Positions 1-8,395 of a stretch of DNA of 32,000 nucleotides are shown piece by piece. Numbering within the stretch: position 1 is the stretch's first letter; the number at the start of each line of letters is the position of its first letter. A program made the translations under genes and the position numbers. The notes under the pieces are model-generated. The model was given only the letters and a program-made list of their open reading frames with translations. It was not told where the DNA came from and made no database searches. The stretch comes from Candidatus Electronema halotolerans (GTDB lineage Bacteria; Desulfobacterota; Desulfobulbia; Desulfobulbales; Desulfobulbaceae), in contig OW818675.1 in assembly GCA_942493095.1 (NCBI GenBank), forward strand, positions 1,890,001 to 1,922,000, in the 5' to 3' direction.

Positions 1-43
1 ATTTTCCCGGCTGTCCCTGTGTCTGCCATGAAGATATTGTCCC

Positions 44-484
44 GTGGCAGTGCTGGATATCCTATCTGCGGGCAACAGCATGAGCAATTTCACAATCAGG
101 AGGCGCAGGAAACGAATGAGTGATTTTTTGCAGCTCCGGCTGCTGCCGGGCGGTCAGGCGGTTCCGGCCAGCCCGGAAGGCAAGTTGAACTGCTGGGAAT
201 TCAGAAAGTGCGGTCGCGAGCCGGGCGGCGCAAACGCCTCTCATGCCGGAACCTGTCCGGCGGCAGTTGAAGCGCGGGCGGACGGCATTCACAGCGGCAT
301 GAACGGCGGACGCTGCTGCTGGGCTGTGACCGCCGCCCTGCGGCAGCAGGGTATCTGTTTGGACCAGTGTGGCGGCGACTGTGATGGCTGTGATTTTTAT
401 CGCTTGGTCAGGAACGAGGAGGAGCAGCGGCTGGTGCTCAGGCATATCCGGCCTGCCGCCCTGCTCAGAAGCAAGATGTTCTGA
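44..484 (+). CDS. Small Cys-rich protein with CW-E-KCGREPGG type motif (start may be internal, e.g. at MSDFLQL)
   Basis: ORF with ordered motifs NCWEFRKCGREPGG, CPAA, DGIHSGMNGGRCCW, CDGCDFYRLVRNEE, a recognisable small deltaproteobacterial Cys-rich domain. Confidence 0.7.
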   Translation: MAVLDILSAGNSMSNFTIRRRRKRMSDFLQLRLLPGGQAVPASPEGKLNCWEFRKCGREPGGANASHAGTCPAAVEARADGIHSGMNGGRCCWAVTAALRQQGICLDQCGGDCDGCDFYRLVRNEEEQRLVLRHIRPAALLRSKMF

Positions 485-512
485 GGCAAGTCAGCAGAAG
501 GCCGGACCGCTC

Positions 513-1670
513 TCAGAGCTTCAGCACCAGCACGTCCGCCAGCCAGCCTGCGTAGCTGCTCCTGATCATCTCGGTCAGGGCGGCATGGTTGTTGACCGTG
601 ATGTTCAGGCTGCTGACAGCGGAACCGGCAAAGCCGGGCAGGGTGTATTCTCCGTCAGCAGTTGCGGTGACGACATCGCCTGCCGCGCCGTCCTCCTGCA
701 TATCCAGCAGACCGAGGCGCAGGCGGCTGTCCGCCGGATCCAGCCCCGCCTGAACACGCAAGGTCTCATCCGCAGTCAAGCTGCCGCCGGTGACAGTCAC
801 ATAAGGGGCGGTCGCGTTGTTGGTCAGGATGCCGACCTCCATATTCGGATGGTCAAAACCGGTCACAGTCAGGGGCGAGCGCAGCTTGCGGCGGCAAGTG
901 CCGGTGCGGAGTGTGCCATGCGCGGTGTAGCGGGTGCTGAGGGAAAGGATGTATTCATTGTTCCACGGCGCATCTTGGGCCGGGATGTGCGGCACCAGCA
1001 AGACTTCACTGTTGCTGACAGAGGCGAACTGGCTCTGCACCGCCCTGCCGCTGCGGGTCCCTTCGATCACGCAGCCGCAGTCCGGGGCAGTCCGATCAAA
1101 GTCGAGATTGCTGCCGGTCAGCCGGAGCACGCCGTCCGGGTTGAGAACATTGTTCAGCTTGAGCACCGTGTCTTCCGCCGAACTGATCACGGGCAGTTTT
1201 TCTTCGGCAGACACACGTTCTATGTGAACTTGCCGCCCAACCTCTTTGACAAGGGTGCGCGAAGCCGAGACCTTGACCCGCAGCATGTCCTCAACCGGCG
1301 GCAGCGGGTCGTCCGGCTCGTCCAGACGGACATTGAAGGAAAGGCTGTAGCTGAAGGCATTTTTCAGCGTGACCTTATTGCCGTTGACAAGCTGCTTCAT
1401 GATCATCTTGTCCCGCGCCATCAGCACTGCTTTGATCATTTCCTCGTCCCAGAGCGGATTGTCCCGCGCCATTTCCGCAGCCAGTTCATCATAGCCGAGG
1501 ACATTCCGCGCTATGAAGCGCAAGTTGTAGGACGGAGGCACGGTCATGGCGTTCGGTTCGGGCCGGCATAGGATAGTGTTCATAGCGATTCTCCAATTGA
1601 ATTCAACTGCTTGATACTTCCGACAATATTCCTGACTCAGCAGCTTACGGAGGCGGCGGGGTTTTGTCAA
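513..1670 (-). CDS. HU-like DNA-binding-domain / DUF4469-like Ig-fold protein; likely start at an internal Met (MNTILCRPEPNAMTV)
   Basis: N-terminus YNLRFIARNVLGYDELAAEMA...VLMARDKMIMKQLVNGNKVTLKNAFSYSLSFNVRL resembles the HU-like plus Ig-fold architecture; C-terminus has Ig/transthyretin-like beta pattern. Confidence 0.65.
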   Translation of the reverse strand: MTKPRRLRKLLSQEYCRKYQAVEFNWRIAMNTILCRPEPNAMTVPPSYNLRFIARNVLGYDELAAEMARDNPLWDEEMIKAVLMARDKMIMKQLVNGNKVTLKNAFSYSLSFNVRLDEPDDPLPPVEDMLRVKVSASRTLVKEVGRQVHIERVSAEEKLPVISSAEDTVLKLNNVLNPDGVLRLTGSNLDFDRTAPDCGCVIEGTRSGRAVQSQFASVSNSEVLLVPHIPAQDAPWNNEYILSLSTRYTAHGTLRTGTCRRKLRSPLTVTGFDHPNMEVGILTNNATAPYVTVTGGSLTADETLRVQAGLDPADSRLRLGLLDMQEDGAAGDVVTATADGEYTLPGFAGSAVSSLNITVNNHAALTEMIRSSYAGWLADVLVLKL

Positions 1671-1708
1671 GCCTATTTTTTTCCGTCCTGGCAGCCAGTG
1701 TCTTGTCA

Positions 1709-1799
1709 GACAAGTCCCAAGGCAGTTGTCAAGAAACTCCTTTGGGAGTTATCAGAGAACTGACTAAGGAGTTGTGAAGAAACTGCCAAGGGACTTGTC
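1709..1799. repeat. Interrupted inverted repeat (blocks of 10, 7 and 6 bp)
   Basis: 1709-1740 gacaagtccc-aa-ggcagtt-gtcaaga-aactcc versus reverse complement of 1768-1799 gacaagtccc-tt-ggcagtt-tcttcac-aactcc. Confidence 0.75.
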
Positions 1800-1999
1800 A
1801 GACAACTTGCCGGGCAGTTGCCAAGCAACTCGCTGGTGAGTTCCGCAGCAGAATCCTTGCTGTGTCCGCGTCTTTCAGCCAGCTATAAACACAGGAACTC
1901 TCTTCCCAGAAAAAGCGTAAAAAAGCGTTGATCTTTCCGCCTGTCAGTGCTTGTCTTATCGCAGGAGCTTGTATTTTCATCAACAAATGGAGGAGAACC

Positions 2000-2482
2000 A
2001 TGAAAACGCTTTTTGGGATGACTGCTGCCATGCTGCTGGTTGTGACGATGCTTTTTGTGGCCTTGCCGGGGAGGGCGGTGGCTGAAGAACCTGTTGCAGG
2101 GGACGCTTGCAATCCTCAAATTGATAGACCTGTTATAAAAAGATTCCCTATCTCAACGCTATGCTGTATTAACAGTACAACAATTGGCCTATGTAACCAA
2201 ATAAGATTGATATGCAGACGAGTGTCTTTAGTGTCAAATATTGGACAATGGGTACAAGTTGGAAATCAAACACCTGATACAGGAACAAGAGAATGCAAAG
2301 ATGGAGAGATATGTCAAAATGGACACTGCGTCTGTCCGCCAGCAGGCAAGATGCTGCAAGTAATGTCAGGTGCTCAAAAAGCCTGTGGATGCACGGCCTG
2401 TAATGAGTGTGAAAGATGTGTTAATAAAAGCTGTGTGCCTATTAAGAACGTCAGTCCATCCAGCCCACAATGTATCGAATGA
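2000..2482 (+). CDS. Secreted Cys-rich hypothetical protein
   Basis: ATG at 2000 preceded by ggaggagaacc; signal peptide MKTLFGMTAAMLLVVTMLFVALPGRAVAEE; many Cys including CKDGEICQNGHCVCPP and CGCTACNECERCVNKSC. Confidence 0.7.
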   Translation: MKTLFGMTAAMLLVVTMLFVALPGRAVAEEPVAGDACNPQIDRPVIKRFPISTLCCINSTTIGLCNQIRLICRRVSLVSNIGQWVQVGNQTPDTGTRECKDGEICQNGHCVCPPAGKMLQVMSGAQKACGCTACNECERCVNKSCVPIKNVSPSSPQCIE

Positions 2483-2495
2483 GACATTTGAACCT

Positions 2496-2521
2496 CGTTC
2501 CCACGCTCCAGCGTGGGAACG
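2496..2521. repeat. REP-like palindrome
   Basis: cgttcccacgct-cc-agcgtgggaacg, perfect 12-bp arms with 2-nt loop. Confidence 0.85.
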
Positions 2522-2613
2522 CAAGGTACCCAGACTCTTTTCACCTGTTTTTCATGTCAGCCTAACACGTTTCTAATATTTGCCAAGTACGCTTGGACAG
2601 CAAAGAATATGCA

Positions 2614-2673
2614 GGTTCCCTGCGCGGCAAGGCAACCAGCGCACAGCCCCGCGTTGTGCTGCGCAGGGAAACC
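2614..2673. repeat. Long imperfect hairpin between the Cys-rich gene and the porins
   Basis: ggttccctgcgcggca ... tgctgcgcagggaaacc near-complementary arms. Confidence 0.55.
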
Positions 2674-2755
2674 TGATATAATTTGTTATAAGAAACGGCG
2701 TAGAGGAACCGCCGGGTTGCGAAGAACTTTTTAAAAATGAAAAGGAGAGGAAGAG

Positions 2756-3910
2756 ATGAAGGGAATACAGGTGAAAGGCACGATCAGTGTCTTGGCCGCA
2801 GCCATGCTGCTTGGCACCGCAGTCAATGCTTCGGCATTGGATATTCAGTCCGGCAGCGACAAAGTGGAACTGAAGCTGAAAGGGCATCTCAACCGGGCGG
2901 TCATGTTTGCTGATGACGGCAAGGACAGCAAAGTGTTTCACGTTGACAACACCAACTCGGAAAGTCGGGTCGGGCTGTTCGGCAAAGTCAAGGCTTCCGA
3001 GAAGTTGACCATTGGCGGCAATTTTGAGCTGCAATGGCAGTCCAATCCTTCGGACAAGGTCTCAATGGAAGAGGAGAGCGTTGCCGGAGAATTCATTGAC
3101 CGAGCAATGGAAGTGTATTTTGATGTGAAACAGTTCGGCAAGTTGTCCTTGGGCAAGGGCAAAATGGCCTCAGATGAGAGTGTCGAGGTTGATCTGTCCG
3201 GCACAGATTTGGCTGGCAATGTCGGCGTGGCTGATGTGGGCGGCAACCTCAAATTCAATGGCCCGGCCTCGCTTGATCCGACAGTTGATGCGGACGGCAA
3301 TGTTGTGGATAAACGGCTCTCTGTCGGCAATGTCTTTGATCAGATGGACGGGTTGAGCAAGAAAAACCGGGTGCGCTATGACTCGCCCGCGTTTGCTGGC
3401 TTCAGTTTGAGTGCGTCCGCAGGGGAAAAGGACATGGCCGATGCCACCCTGAGATATTCCGGCGAGTTCAGCGGCGCCAAACTGCAAGGCGCGCTGGCTT
3501 TTGTCAATCCTGGCAGCGGCAAGGAGTACAGCCAGATTGACGGCTCGCTGTCCGCGCTGTTCGATTTTGGCCTCAACCTCACCGTTGCCTCTGGCAGCCG
3601 CAGCATGGACAATCTGCCCGCAGGCGGCGATGATCCGGTGTACAGCTACGGCAAGATCGGCTGGAAATGCGACAAGCTGCTGCCCTACGGCTCCACTGCG
3701 GTGTCTGTCGATTACGGGGTCTATGAGAACGTCAAGCATCAGGACAAGGGCGAGGAAGGCACTGCCTACGGTGTTCAGCTCGTGCAGAAGCTGTCTGACT
3801 GGAACACCGAGCTGTTTGCCGCCTATCGCAATTTTGCGCTTGATGACGACAGCGGCGCATCCTACGATGACATTTCGCTGGTCATGACTGGTGCCCGGCT
3901 CAAGTTCTGA
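2756..3910 (+). CDS. Outer-membrane porin, paralog 1
   Basis: Signal peptide, LDIQSGSDKVELKLKGHLNRAVMFADDG start, Gly/aromatic beta-strand pattern, terminal Phe (GARLKF). Confidence 0.85.
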   Translation: MKGIQVKGTISVLAAAMLLGTAVNASALDIQSGSDKVELKLKGHLNRAVMFADDGKDSKVFHVDNTNSESRVGLFGKVKASEKLTIGGNFELQWQSNPSDKVSMEEESVAGEFIDRAMEVYFDVKQFGKLSLGKGKMASDESVEVDLSGTDLAGNVGVADVGGNLKFNGPASLDPTVDADGNVVDKRLSVGNVFDQMDGLSKKNRVRYDSPAFAGFSLSASAGEKDMADATLRYSGEFSGAKLQGALAFVNPGSGKEYSQIDGSLSALFDFGLNLTVASGSRSMDNLPAGGDDPVYSYGKIGWKCDKLLPYGSTAVSVDYGVYENVKHQDKGEEGTAYGVQLVQKLSDWNTELFAAYRNFALDDDSGASYDDISLVMTGARLKF

Positions 3911-4011
3911 GACGCGCCCGCTCCTTGTTTCTTGTAGAAAAAAAGCCTGTGCTGAAGTATAATTACAAGGGAATTGCTTGAGCACAACCAATTTTTCACA
4001 AGAGGAAAGAG

Positions 4012-5166
4012 ATGAAAAACAGACAATTGCCAGCTGCCACCATCAGTTTGGCCACTGCCGCGCTGCTTGTCGCGGCAGCCAGCGTTTCAGCTTTGGAAAT
4101 CAAATCCGGCAGCGACAAGGTTGACTTGCAGCTGAAAGGTCATATCAACCGTGCCCTGATGTATGCGGATGACGGCGATGAGAGCAAGGTCTTCCATGTT
4201 GACAACACCAATTCTGAAAGCAGAATCGGTCTGTACGGCAAGGTCAAGGCCTCGGACAACATAGCCGTGGGCGGCACTTTTGAGGTGCAGTGGCAGGCCA
4301 ATCCCTCGGACAAGGTCTCTATGGAGGAGGAAACCATCTCCGGCGAATTCAAAGAGCGGATCATGGAGGTCTGGTTCGCTCCCAAGGGATTGGGGAAATT
4401 CTCTTTGGGACGCGGCAATATGGCCTCGAATGACAGCTCGGAAGTTGACCTGTCCGGCACGGATTTAGCAGGCAATGTCGGTGTGGCTGATGTTGGCGGC
4501 GGCATTAAATTTCACGATCCAGCGGCGGCAGCTCCGGCCTTGGATGAGAACGGGGAGCCTGTCGATGACCGTCTCGCCGTGAGCAATGTGTTTGATCAGA
4601 TGGACGGCCTGAGCCGGAGAAACCGGGTCCGCTATGACACACCGGATTTTGCCGGTTTCAGCTTGGGAGTCTCGGCAGGTGAGCAGGAGATGGTCGATGC
4701 GACCTTGCTCTATTCTCAGGACTTTGGCTTGGCAAAATTGAAGGCGGCCTTGGCATGGTCCAATCCCGGCGATGACAAAGACTACAGCCAGATCAACGGC
4801 TCGGCTTCACTGCTGTTCAACTGCGGCTTCAACCTGACTGCCGCAGGCGGGACCCGCGACTTGGACGACATGCCTGCGGGCGGTGATGATCCGACCTTCA
4901 TGTACGGCAAGGCTGGCTATATTTTTGGCCAGCTCGTGCCGGTCGGCTCCACAGCGGTTTCTGTTGACTACGGCGTGTATGAGAACGTCAAAAAACAGGA
5001 CATTGGCCAGAAAGGCACGGCAGCCGGGGTGCAGCTTGTCCAGAAGCTCTCTGACTGGAACACTGAGCTGTTCACAGCCTACCGGGCATATCAACTGGAA
5101 GATGACACCACGGCGGATTATGACGACATCAATCTCGTCTTAGGCGGTGCCCGCTTCAAGTTCTGA
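4012..5166 (+). CDS. Outer-membrane porin, paralog 2
   Basis: Same length (384 aa) and strongly similar along its full length to the 2756..3910 product; terminal Phe (GARFKF). Confidence 0.85.
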   Translation: MKNRQLPAATISLATAALLVAAASVSALEIKSGSDKVDLQLKGHINRALMYADDGDESKVFHVDNTNSESRIGLYGKVKASDNIAVGGTFEVQWQANPSDKVSMEEETISGEFKERIMEVWFAPKGLGKFSLGRGNMASNDSSEVDLSGTDLAGNVGVADVGGGIKFHDPAAAAPALDENGEPVDDRLAVSNVFDQMDGLSRRNRVRYDTPDFAGFSLGVSAGEQEMVDATLLYSQDFGLAKLKAALAWSNPGDDKDYSQINGSASLLFNCGFNLTAAGGTRDLDDMPAGGDDPTFMYGKAGYIFGQLVPVGSTAVSVDYGVYENVKKQDIGQKGTAAGVQLVQKLSDWNTELFTAYRAYQLEDDTTADYDDINLVLGGARFKF

Positions 5167-5241
5167 GTTCTCCTGCCTCTGCTGAAGATGCTGCCCGGCA
5201 TCTTCAGCCCTGCCGCTGTTTCCATTCTTTAACCCTGCATC

Positions 5242-5931
5242 ATGGCAAAAGAAAAAATCCTGCTGGTCGAGGATGCCGAGGACATTCTCGAATTGGTCCG
5301 CTACAATCTGAGCAAGGAAGGCTGGCAGGTGCGCTGCGCCATGTCCGGTGAAGATGCGCTGGCCGCCGTGCGTGAGCATGACGTTGACTTGGTCCTGTTG
5401 GACATCATGCTGCCTGGCATGGATGGGTATGAGGTCTGCCGCCGCCTGCGCCGCGATCCGTCTGCCGCGCATCTGCCAGTGATCATGCTGACCGCCAAAA
5501 GCGAGGAGACCGACATGGTGGTCGGCTTGGAGCTGGGCGCGGATGACTACGTGACCAAACCGTTCAGCCCCCGCGTCCTCATTGCCCGCATCAAGGCGGT
5601 GCTGCGCCGAAGGGAGCCGGGCGGGCAGGCAGCGGATGTTCTCAACCTCGGCGAGCTGCGGATTGACCGCTCCCGCCACGAGGTGCGCGTCAAAGGCGAG
5701 CCAGTGCGCCTGACTGCGACCGAGTTCGGCATTCTCCTCTGTCTGGCCCTGCGGCCCGGCTGGGTCTTCAGCCGCTATCAGATTGTCGAGGCTGTGCGGG
5801 GCGGAGATTACAGCGTCACAGACCGGGCCGTGGATGTGCAGATTGTCGGACTGCGGAAAAAGCTGGGTGAACTGGGCAGCTGCATTGAAACCGTGCGCGG
5901 GGTGGGCTACCGCTTCAGCGATCAAGGATGA
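5242..5931 (+). CDS. OmpR/PhoB-family response regulator
   Basis: Receiver KILLVEDAEDILELVRYNL, phosphoacceptor LVLLDIMLPGMDG, DDYVTKPFSPRVL, winged-helix C-terminus ending CIETVRGVGYRF. Confidence 0.93.
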   Translation: MAKEKILLVEDAEDILELVRYNLSKEGWQVRCAMSGEDALAAVREHDVDLVLLDIMLPGMDGYEVCRRLRRDPSAAHLPVIMLTAKSEETDMVVGLELGADDYVTKPFSPRVLIARIKAVLRRREPGGQAADVLNLGELRIDRSRHEVRVKGEPVRLTATEFGILLCLALRPGWVFSRYQIVEAVRGGDYSVTDRAVDVQIVGLRKKLGELGSCIETVRGVGYRFSDQG

Positions 5932-5946
5932 GCAGGCAAGGCTGCC

Positions 5947-6249
5947 TCACCGCCTGCCCCAGACTGGATCGCCGCCAAAGCGGCCTGTCCACCAGTCCTG
6001 CTCAGAGAGATGCCGTTCCAGCTCCTCCGGGGCAAAGGAATACTTGTACTGGCTGCAATAGCGCAGAATCACAGCGTGAGCGGCATTGATCTTCCGGGTC
6101 ATCTCATTGCATTCCGCCGGATCGCCGCTGCCTTTGTCCGGGTGCCACTGCTTGAGCAGCTCGTGGTAGGCCGCCTTGATCTCGGCCATTGAGGCCCGCT
6201 CCGGCAGACCAAGCACAGCCTGCGCCGCAGCAATTTCCTTGCTGTTCAT
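5947..6249 (-). CDS. Small J-domain (DnaJ-like) protein
   Basis: AQAVLGLPERASMAEIKAAYHELLKQWHPDKG with HPD motif. Confidence 0.85.
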   Translation of the reverse strand: MNSKEIAAAQAVLGLPERASMAEIKAAYHELLKQWHPDKGSGDPAECNEMTRKINAAHAVILRYCSQYKYSFAPEELERHLSEQDWWTGRFGGDPVWGRR

Positions 6250-6881
6250 GGCTTCCTGCCCCGGATGACCACGAACAGCCCTTGGCCGTGTCCCTCTTGG
6301 ATCAGCTCCTGCGCTGTGACCGCAGCCGCGTCCTGAAAAATGGTCTGGCAGCAGCGGAACTCGGTCAAGCCTGCCTCCCGCAGCAGGTCAAGAACCGCGT
6401 CAGCAGGGTGAAAAGTCGCCTGCCGGTAAAAAAGACTTTCCTTCTTGCGGGCGGCATAGACCTGCCCCAGCGGGCTGCTGCGGTCCAGCATGGCTATCAG
6501 CATCAGGCCGCCCGGCCTGAGCACCCGCGCCGCCTCCTGCACGGCCTGCCGCGCCTCATGGACAAAACAGAGCACTGTCACCATCAGGACAAGGTCGGCG
6601 GCGGCATTGCGGAAAGGCAGGGCCTCGGCTGCGCCGCTGATGATGCTGATGCCCCGCTGCCGGGCCAAGGCCGCCATTGCCGCGCATGGCTCCACGCCGA
6701 CTTGGATGCCGAGCGGCCCGGCAAAGCGGCCTGTGCCTGCGCCGACCTCCACGCCCAAGCCGCAGCCTGTGGCTGGCAGCAGATGACGCACTGCCCGCAG
6801 CTCGGCCTCATAAGCCAAGCGATTTTCGTCAAACCAGCAGTCATAGCGCAGGGCGTGCTCCTGATATGGCCCGATCTTCAT
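6246..6881 (-). CDS. Class I SAM-dependent methyltransferase
   Basis: LGVEVGAGTGRFAGPLGIQVGVEP, VLRPGGLMLIAML; 4-nt overlap with the J-domain gene. Confidence 0.85.
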   Translation of the reverse strand: MKIGPYQEHALRYDCWFDENRLAYEAELRAVRHLLPATGCGLGVEVGAGTGRFAGPLGIQVGVEPCAAMAALARQRGISIISGAAEALPFRNAAADLVLMVTVLCFVHEARQAVQEAARVLRPGGLMLIAMLDRSSPLGQVYAARKKESLFYRQATFHPADAVLDLLREAGLTEFRCCQTIFQDAAAVTAQELIQEGHGQGLFVVIRGRKP

Positions 6882-7214
6882 TTAGTGGGTGTAGTCAAGG
6901 ATGGGAATGTCCGGCCCCAGCTTTTTGGCCACCGCCGCCCTCATCAGTTCATAGTGCGGACAGACCATGCCGAGCGGCTTGCCCTGACTGATGCAGGAGG
7001 CAAAGGCAATGGCCTCCGCGCCCCGGTCAACCATGACTTTGGCCCGCGCCACAGCCCGTTTGCCCGGACAGCCGCCGCAGCTGACAAAGCCGACAATCTC
7101 TGCCGGGCCAAGCGGCTCAAAGCCCAGCTCGCCCATTGGCGCGACCTTGAAGTCTGTAGTGCCCGGACAGATGTCCTCGGTTTCCTGACAGCGGATGATG
7201 CCAACTTTCTTCAT
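6882..7214 (-). CDS. CGGC domain-containing protein
   Basis: MKKVGIIRCQETEDICPGTTDF...GFVSCGGCPGKRAVARA...ASCISQG; start at 7214 chosen because aggagg lies just upstream on the minus strand; the supplied ORF extends to 7343. Confidence 0.8.
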   Translation of the reverse strand: MKKVGIIRCQETEDICPGTTDFKVAPMGELGFEPLGPAEIVGFVSCGGCPGKRAVARAKVMVDRGAEAIAFASCISQGKPLGMVCPHYELMRAAVAKKLGPDIPILDYTH

Positions 7215-7347
7215 AGTTTCCTCCTGTTGCTTGCGCGCTGCATATCTGCTGCGCTGGTTGGATTCTTTCCTGTTAAGCTGCGGGACGCGGTGCTGGTCAC
7301 TTGATGAATTCAGGATTGCCAACCTTTTCGCGTTGGAACACAATGAA

Positions 7348-7848
7348 TCATCTTTGCTTTGAGCGAAGAATGACTGTCAATATACTTTTAGCCTCTTCGC
7401 TGTTAAGCAGCAGTTGTTGTATTTTAGCTTTTGTATAGCTTGTATCTTTCAGCAGACGGTCAAGAATGCCGACCTTGAAGATGGGCAGCAAGTCAGACGA
7501 GAAGAATGGAGGAATGACATTCGATTGACTGATTGGCTCAATAGCGGCCAGCTTTGTATTGTCATCGAAATGAAAATCAATAACAACGTTATTCTCCTCT
7601 CCAACATCGTTTTTCCAGTAAAAAGTATATCTCACTTTGAAACCTGAGTATGTATCATTTGCACTGTTAAATTCGCACCTGATGTACTCAGCAGTTGGAT
7701 AGGCGAAAAGCAAGATCATTTCCTCATTATACTCGATAAGAGACCTTGCTTTGTCTAAAGCAGATATCTTGGAAGCAAAAGCACTGGATGAGCACAACAT
7801 CATTGTGATGACAAGAGCCAACTGCATACTTTTTTTCAATGCAAACAT
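7348..7848 (-). CDS. Secreted hypothetical protein
   Basis: Signal peptide MFALKKSMQLALVITMMLCSSSAFA; aggagg upstream of the start; no recognised domain. Confidence 0.6.
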   Translation of the reverse strand: MFALKKSMQLALVITMMLCSSSAFASKISALDKARSLIEYNEEMILLFAYPTAEYIRCEFNSANDTYSGFKVRYTFYWKNDVGEENNVVIDFHFDDNTKLAAIEPISQSNVIPPFFSSDLLPIFKVGILDRLLKDTSYTKAKIQQLLLNSEEAKSILTVILRSKQR

Positions 7849-8395
7849 TTTTCTCCTCCTTGACGTAATTTTTCTAATGGCCCAATATTGACTGGAGCAT
7901 TCTTCATCTTGTTGCTCTCACAACGTCATATTGATGACTCAGTTTTTTCCGGCACTCCTGAAGGTGGTCAAGGCGATTTCGGAGCCGAAACCGCCGCTTT
8001 TGACTCCGCTCAAGCAGCTCATTATCTTGCAATGCCTGTCAGGTCCATGTTGCAACAGGGGGGCAGCAACATCACAAAGAAGCGTCACCAATCCCAGCCC
8101 AACTTCTTGCCACCTGTTTATAATCAGATTTATCCTTTGAAGCAAGCAGGAATTAAGCCGTCAGCCAGAGCCTGGCAGCTTGGTCGGCCACAAATCGAAG
8201 CCGAATTATCGCCGCTGCGGCGGCTCTGTAGAGCATTGCGCAACGCCTGAGCAGTTGCCAAGCAAGGTGAAGTCACCTATAATGCGACATGATTTTGCTC
8301 TGAGAACAAAATTTGCAAGACTGCCGTCCTCCGGCTCTCCTGTCGGCCCAACAACCTGAAGCTGCTTTTTCACATTCCGTCAAAAGAGAACGATT

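Noticed and set aside
369-1571. 400-aa plus-strand ORF opposite the HU/Ig-like gene
   Set aside because: Antisense shadow ORF in GC-rich DNA; protein composition is Arg/Gln/His-rich with no domain, while the minus frame has clear fold-like sequence.
3170-3991. 273-aa minus ORF over porin 1
   Set aside because: Lies antisense to a well-supported porin; the equivalent over porin 2 is broken, so not conserved between the paralogs.
5140-5925. 261-aa minus ORF over the response regulator
   Set aside because: Antisense to a canonical OmpR/PhoB-family gene; low-complexity Gln/His composition.
6189-7304. 371-aa plus ORF
   Set aside because: Spans antisense to parts of three coherent minus-strand genes with recognisable motifs.
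7888-8250. 120-aa plus ORF upstream of galU
   Set aside because: No domain, implausible composition and no convincing RBS; treated as noncoding.
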